DNA of 64,000 bases from Thermoproteota archaeon (GTDB taxonomy: Archaea; Korarchaeota; Korarchaeia; Korarchaeales; JAOZGB01). Below are positions 59,090 through 64,000 of the stretch, piece by piece (position 1 is the first letter of the stretch; every line of letters starts with the position of its first letter). The position numbers and the translations under genes are program-made. The stretch covers positions 1 to 64,000 of the forward strand of contig JAVCBU010000011.1 of NCBI GenBank assembly GCA_037917685.1, in the 5' to 3' direction. A model generated the notes under the pieces. The model ran no database searches and was not told where the DNA came from. It saw only the letters and a program-made list of their open reading frames with translations.

Positions 59090-59824
59090 TTATTTTCTGG
59101 TTTTAAGTATTAGGTATTCCACAGCCTCTCCGTAGACTTTCCTCGATATCATGCCTGATGTCCTGCTTATCCCCTCTAACACCTTCCTGGGATCTCTTAT
59201 TTTTATCCCAGCAAGCATGTCTACACCATACTTGAACATTATAGGGGTCATAGGCGTTGAAGGCCCGGCTATAATTGTATAGGTGCCCTTTGCAAGTTCC
59301 AAGATCCTCTCAAGAGACTTGTTTATGAGAGTTGAACCGGTTATTAGGGTTACGTCGGATTCCGGTATTAGATATTCGCATGCGGTTGCCGGGTAGATCC
59401 CCTCCTCAGGTGATACTAGCTGAGGGTCAAGTTCTAGGATGTATAGTTGGCTAGCGGACTTCCTAACTCTTTCAATGTACTTTTTGGGGAACATTCCAAC
59501 TATCACAACCCTCTTTTGGCTGCAGATGCCTGGTAGAATATCGAATATATTTGTTTTATCCCCCTCCGGCTGTATTAGTGAGTTTATGGTTGCAACCCCT
59601 ATAGCTGCCTCTATAAGATTCCAGGAGTAGGCGTATTCGGCAAGCTCAAGGGCAGACTTCTCCGTAAGCCTGTCAAAGTCTTTGACATATGAATGTGACC
59701 CGGTGATGTAGGTTTTTGAAACTCCTAAGTTCCTGCTCCAGACCCCAGTCCAAGAGACGCCTACACGTACATCTCTAACTTCACAGTCCTCAAGAGATGA
59801 GATAAGATCCCCAATTATATCCAT
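59090..59824 (-). CDS. DUF364-like Rossmann-fold protein
   Basis: EAAIGVATINSL, VG.F, ITGSTLINKSL..IL, GPSTP..P. Confidence 0.8.
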   Translation of the reverse strand: MDIIGDLISSLEDCEVRDVRVGVSWTGVWSRNLGVSKTYITGSHSYVKDFDRLTEKSALELAEYAYSWNLIEAAIGVATINSLIQPEGDKTNIFDILPGICSQKRVVIVGMFPKKYIERVRKSASQLYILELDPQLVSPEEGIYPATACEYLIPESDVTLITGSTLINKSLERILELAKGTYTIIAGPSTPMTPIMFKYGVDMLAGIKIRDPRKVLEGISRTSGMISRKVYGEAVEYLILKTRK

Positions 59825-59940
59825 AATAACCTATCAATAGTCCACCGCTGAACTATTATTAATTACGCTTCTCTACACTATACCGTCCAGGATCCTTTAG
59901 CCTATAAACAAATAATGGTTCATTATGTTCATTATGTTCA

Positions 59941-60912
59941 TTGGTTGAGCCCGGAATCTCAAAGCCATTAGTAGAGTATTCTAGATCAGTATCAGGCACT
60001 TCCAGACACATAAATGTAAATATACCTCTTTCTGTTGTCATATCGGTAAGTAGCAGAGTTGACATGATAAGCTGGGAAGCTTATCATGGCCTTTCCTCCT
60101 TTACAACTGGGACTCGCAGAAATGGATTGAATACAAGAACTTGTCAGCTGAATCAACACTGATAGTGCTAAGAGCTTTAAGAGACTATTTAAAGTGGAGA
60201 AGTGTAGATATCCCAAGCCCTACAAACATCTACCTTGAAACCTTCCAGCCAGTAGAAGTTAACCCCTGCCTTGTTCTACAAAAACTTCTACATGAAAGAA
60301 GTGTAGTCATTTCGGACTTCAAAAGCCTCGTAGAGCACAGAAGGAAACTTGAGGAAATAATCAGGAAGATTAACATTAAGCCAATAAGGATAGAAAGCCA
60401 TATGAGTTCATGGTACGCCAAAATGCTAGGCATAACACAAGGAAAAATAAAGCTCCTACTTTTAACATCAATGAACAATCCACTTAAAGAGATAGAAAGC
60501 TATCTACAGAACATTTCAAAAGAGCCTGATATCGAAGTTGAAGTCCTATTGTTTGAAGAAGACAAAGACAGAATAAAAATATCGCACTAGCGCTAGGATA
60601 CACGAACATCGAAGCCAATGGGCTTAGAATAGGATTACAACCAGCAGATACATTAAAGGTCACTTCTTCGAAAGGGAATATTACGCTAAGAATACCCAGC
60701 CTCATCATATCCGATCTAGAGGAATACATTGTTCTTCCTGTGGAGGAGCTGAACTTTCAGCAGTTAAGCCTAGCAATCTCGTATTTTAAGAGTAAGATTA
60801 ATGCTGTAGAAAACTGTATGGTTAAAATATTTGACGAAAATATGGAAATGGCATATACTTACTTCTATTGTCGCTCGCGATATAATTTAGAACACACCTA
60901 TCTCAATGTGTA
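59941..60912 (+). pseudogene. Probable decayed hypothetical gene in an A-rich segment
   Basis: Three consecutive open stretches in different frames (59941-60162, about 60090-60590, about 60563-60912); no recognisable motif. Confidence 0.35.
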
Positions 60913-61946
60913 GAGATGATAACCGGCTTTATTATTCCGCCAGTCTTCTTATCGTAATCTTTGAATGCTTGGGGTGACTCTTCGATTGTGTACCTGTGGG
61001 TTATGAATTTCGACAGATCTATTTCAAGCCTTTTAATCGTTTCTGCAACATGTTTCAGGCTTTTAGGCCCTGCCGGGCATAGTGCCCCCTTTAACGTTAT
61101 CTCGTCCATTGTCAGCTTTATGAGGTTTAGCGGTATTTTTTCAGGGTGTAGGGCTGTAACCACGGCAACCCCGCCTCTCCTTACTATTTTCATAACCAGT
61201 GTGATGCTTGCGGGTGTGCTTGCCGTATCAAGCACAGCATTAAACCCGCCTTTAGAGATTTCTAGGAGCTTATCCACCGGGTTTGGAGACTTCATGCTTA
61301 TAACTGTCCGGATTCCCATACCCATCGCCTGCTCCACTTTTTTAGACCCCATCTTGACCCCTACAACCTTTGCCCCAAGCTTCTGTGAGATGAGCGCTGA
61401 GAGTATACCTATAGGCCCCATTCCAAGGACTGCTACGCTCCACCCCGGCTTCACGCCAGCCTTCTCCACAGTGTGAAGAGCTGTGGAGGCTAGATCACCA
61501 TAGAGAGCCGCTTCCTCAAACCCGGTTCCCTCAGGGATTTTCTGCAGGGTTAGGTCTGCCCTTGGGACAAGGAGGTACTCGGCTATGCAGCCGTCAACGT
61601 GGACTCCTATTCCAACTCGGCCTGTGCAGAGCTGGTATGCCCCGCTTTTGCAGTATTCGCATCCGCCGCACGGCGACACCGGGCTTCCATAGACCTTATC
61701 TCCAGGCTTAAAATTGTTAACCCCCTCGCCTACATGCTCCACCACTCCTGAATATTCGTGTCCAAGTGTTATAGGGATCTTAGCAGGGATGGAGTCACCC
61801 CTATAGTAATGGAGGTCTGTGCCGCATATCGAGGATGCCATAATCCTAATGAGAACCTGCCCGCGGCTAGGATACGGGGTGTCTACCTCAACGACCCGTA
61901 TATCTCTGACGGAGAAGAGTCTAGCTGCCTTCAACAAGATTACCAT
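60903..61946 (-). CDS. Zn-dependent medium-chain dehydrogenase (threonine/sorbitol DH-like)
   Basis: ICGTDLH, GHEYSG, CGGCEYC..G..QLC, G.GPIG. Confidence 0.9.
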   Translation of the reverse strand: MVILLKAARLFSVRDIRVVEVDTPYPSRGQVLIRIMASSICGTDLHYYRGDSIPAKIPITLGHEYSGVVEHVGEGVNNFKPGDKVYGSPVSPCGGCEYCKSGAYQLCTGRVGIGVHVDGCIAEYLLVPRADLTLQKIPEGTGFEEAALYGDLASTALHTVEKAGVKPGWSVAVLGMGPIGILSALISQKLGAKVVGVKMGSKKVEQAMGMGIRTVISMKSPNPVDKLLEISKGGFNAVLDTASTPASITLVMKIVRRGGVAVVTALHPEKIPLNLIKLTMDEITLKGALCPAGPKSLKHVAETIKRLEIDLSKFITHRYTIEESPQAFKDYDKKTGGIIKPVIISTH

Positions 61947-62221
61947 TCACATGGCACACTTTAAAAGCTAAGCAAAGCTTCCAGGTACATTTGGGCCTGA
62001 CATCATCTGTTAAATTGATTCAGACTTTTGATATTATATGATGGCTAGTAAGGCCGTTTCAGAGGCCTTGCTCAGAGTTCCGCCTTCTAAAAACGACAGG
62101 GATGCTGAAAGTCTGTAGACCTGTCAAAGGTTTACGATAGTTATATACTCTTAGCATGTTGCAACTTTCCTATACATGGGTTTTTAAGATGTTGATTGTG
62201 AGATGCAATTGGTGATGCTAC

Positions 62222-63490
62222 TTGGATAGAGGCGTTGTGTACAAGGTGTTGGAGAAGGTCAAGGACATGAGAGGCGAAATTATAGAGTTCCTCCAAAGTC
62301 TTATATCTTATAGGAGCGTGACTGGGGAGGAGCTTGAGATTCAGAGGTTTATTGAGGGCTATCTTAAGAGTTTGGATTTGGAGGTTGACGTTTGGGAGCC
62401 TGATTGGGATGAGCTTAGGAGGCATCCAGCCTATGTTCCTGTGGAGATGGGTTACGAGGGGAGGCCGAACGTTGTGGGGCTTTACAAAGGCATCGGTGGG
62501 GGGAGGTCTCTACTCTTTAATGGCCACGTGGATGTTATACCAGCTGATCCTGAGGCTTGGAGTGTTGACCCATGGGCTGGCGTGGTTAAGGATGGAAAGC
62601 TACATGGTAGGGGAGCTTCCGACATGAAGTCAGGCCTTGCGGCTTTCACGATGGCCCTTAAGACAGTTTTGGATCTGGGATTCAAGCTTAAGGGAGATGT
62701 CATACTTGAATATGTGGTTGATGAGGAGTTTAGCGGGCACGGAACCTTGTCGGCGATACTGAGGGGTTACAGGGCTGATGCTGGGATTAGCTGTGAGGCA
62801 AGCGACATGCAGATACAGCCAGCTACAACAGGGTCTATGTGGTTTGAGATAGAGGTTGAAGGTAAGACTGCCTCTATGAGCAGGCGGTGGGAGGCTGTGC
62901 CAGCCATTGATAAGGCCTATAAGGTTTATAGGGCAGTATCAGAGCTTGAAGAGATAAGAATACAGGAGATTAGACACCCCTTATACCCTGACAACAGGGG
63001 TAGCCTGGCATTGTTCATAGGAATGTTTAATGCCGGGAACTATCCTAGTAGCATTGCCGATAGGGCTGTCTTGAAGGGAAGGATGGGTGTACTACCATGC
63101 GAGGATCCCCGCCAGGCGCAGAATCAGCTTAAAGAGTATATTTCTAGGGTTTCGGAGCTTGACCCGTGGCTCAGGAATCATAAGCCTAGGGTTGAGTTTA
63201 AGGGCTACTACGCGGAGCCAGCTGAGATACCAGCAGATCACCCTATCGTTAAGACTCTCGAGGAATGTTATAGGACGGCTCTCGGGAAAAATCCTGTTGT
63301 CAGGGGGCATGATGGGGCTGCGGACACCAGGTTCCTGATAAAGTATGGTAACACTCCTACCCCGATTTTCGGCCCTGGAACAATAACGCAGATGCACGCC
63401 ACGGACGAGTGGGTTAGAGTTGAAGACCTAATCGACTCAGTGAAAGTTTTAGCATTGACTATTCTTGAATGGTGCGATTATGAGGTGTAA
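62222..63490 (+). CDS. M20 metallohydrolase (ArgE/DapE family deacylase)
   Basis: NGHVDVIP, GRGASDMKSG, DEE, FGPG...MH..DE. Confidence 0.9.
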   Translation: MDRGVVYKVLEKVKDMRGEIIEFLQSLISYRSVTGEELEIQRFIEGYLKSLDLEVDVWEPDWDELRRHPAYVPVEMGYEGRPNVVGLYKGIGGGRSLLFNGHVDVIPADPEAWSVDPWAGVVKDGKLHGRGASDMKSGLAAFTMALKTVLDLGFKLKGDVILEYVVDEEFSGHGTLSAILRGYRADAGISCEASDMQIQPATTGSMWFEIEVEGKTASMSRRWEAVPAIDKAYKVYRAVSELEEIRIQEIRHPLYPDNRGSLALFIGMFNAGNYPSSIADRAVLKGRMGVLPCEDPRQAQNQLKEYISRVSELDPWLRNHKPRVEFKGYYAEPAEIPADHPIVKTLEECYRTALGKNPVVRGHDGAADTRFLIKYGNTPTPIFGPGTITQMHATDEWVRVEDLIDSVKVLALTILEWCDYEV

Positions 63491-63495
63491 TAGGA

Positions 63496-64000
63496 ATGTC
63501 TGCAGGTGATATCGTCGAGAAATATCAGAAGTATATCATTCCATCGAGCATTGAGGGCAGAAGGAGCCTGGTTATAGTTAGGGCGAGCGGCGCAGTGGTG
63601 TGGGACTCTGAAGGTAGGGAATACATAGACTGCCACTCCGGATATGCTGCGGTTAATCTTGGCCACTGCCATCCTAGGGTTGTAGAGGCTGTTAAGAGAC
63701 AGCTTGAAAGAGTATGGCATACATCGTGGGATTATAATACTATTCCTACTGCCCTTCTAGCCGAGAAGCTTGTGGATATAACACCTGAAAGCCTCTGCAA
63801 GGTTATGTTTTTAAGTACGGGGGCTGAGGCTGTCGAGAACGCTGTTAAACTCTCGAAGAAGAGGGCATCAAGCCGCGGGAGGCCTGGCTCTTATATTATC
63901 TCCCTTATGGGTGGCTTTCACGGTAGAACTTCCTATGCAATGGCTCTCACAGGCAACGTTAAGTATAAGGCTGGGCTGTCAACCTATGTTCACCAAGGGG
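63496..64000 (+). CDS. Class III PLP aminotransferase (GABA/ornithine AT-like), truncated by the window end
   Basis: Manual translation: VWDSEGREYID..SG...NLGHCHP, STGAEAVENAVK, GFHGRT. Confidence 0.9.
   Translation, partial: MSAGDIVEKYQKYIIPSSIEGRRSLVIVRASGAVVWDSEGREYIDCHSGYAAVNLGHCHPRVVEAVKRQLERVWHTSWDYNTIPTALLAEKLVDITPESLCKVMFLSTGAEAVENAVKLSKKRASSRGRPGSYIISLMGGFHGRTSYAMALTGNVKYKAGLSTYVHQG

Noticed and set aside
61947-62221. Small hairpins upstream of the M20 gene as a riboswitch
   Set aside because: Short stems with no recognisable riboswitch consensus.

Overview
Archaeal chromosomal window, probably from an anaerobic, thermophilic TACK-type lineage (inferred from the class I CCA enzyme, cofE, four tungsten AOR-family genes, an ER-type signal peptidase, MNT-HEPN pairs and GGTGA-type RBS/TTTAAA boxes). 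Housekeeping genes (cca, hxlB, amrS, tatD, eno, cofE, ilvC) are interleaved with four kinds of accessory material. (1) A dispersed set of genes pointing to anaerobic nucleobase/N-heterocycle catabolism, in which AOR-family oxidoreductases sit in apparent operons with deaminases, a cyclic amidohydrolase, a divergent PreA-like flavo-FeS protein and ECF transporters. (2) A surface-fibre locus in which a SipW-type peptidase is fused in one ORF to an internal signal peptide plus a paralogue of the neighbouring pilin-like gene. (3) A two-gene secreted-protein island. (4) A GH3/B12-radical SAM pair, plus many pseudogenes and recombination scars (dinB, ABC/RuBisCO-like chimera, duplicated GMC oxidoreductase). 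I recognised no rRNA, tRNA, CRISPR array or intact transposase. All family assignments come from reading motifs by eye; no database searches were run.
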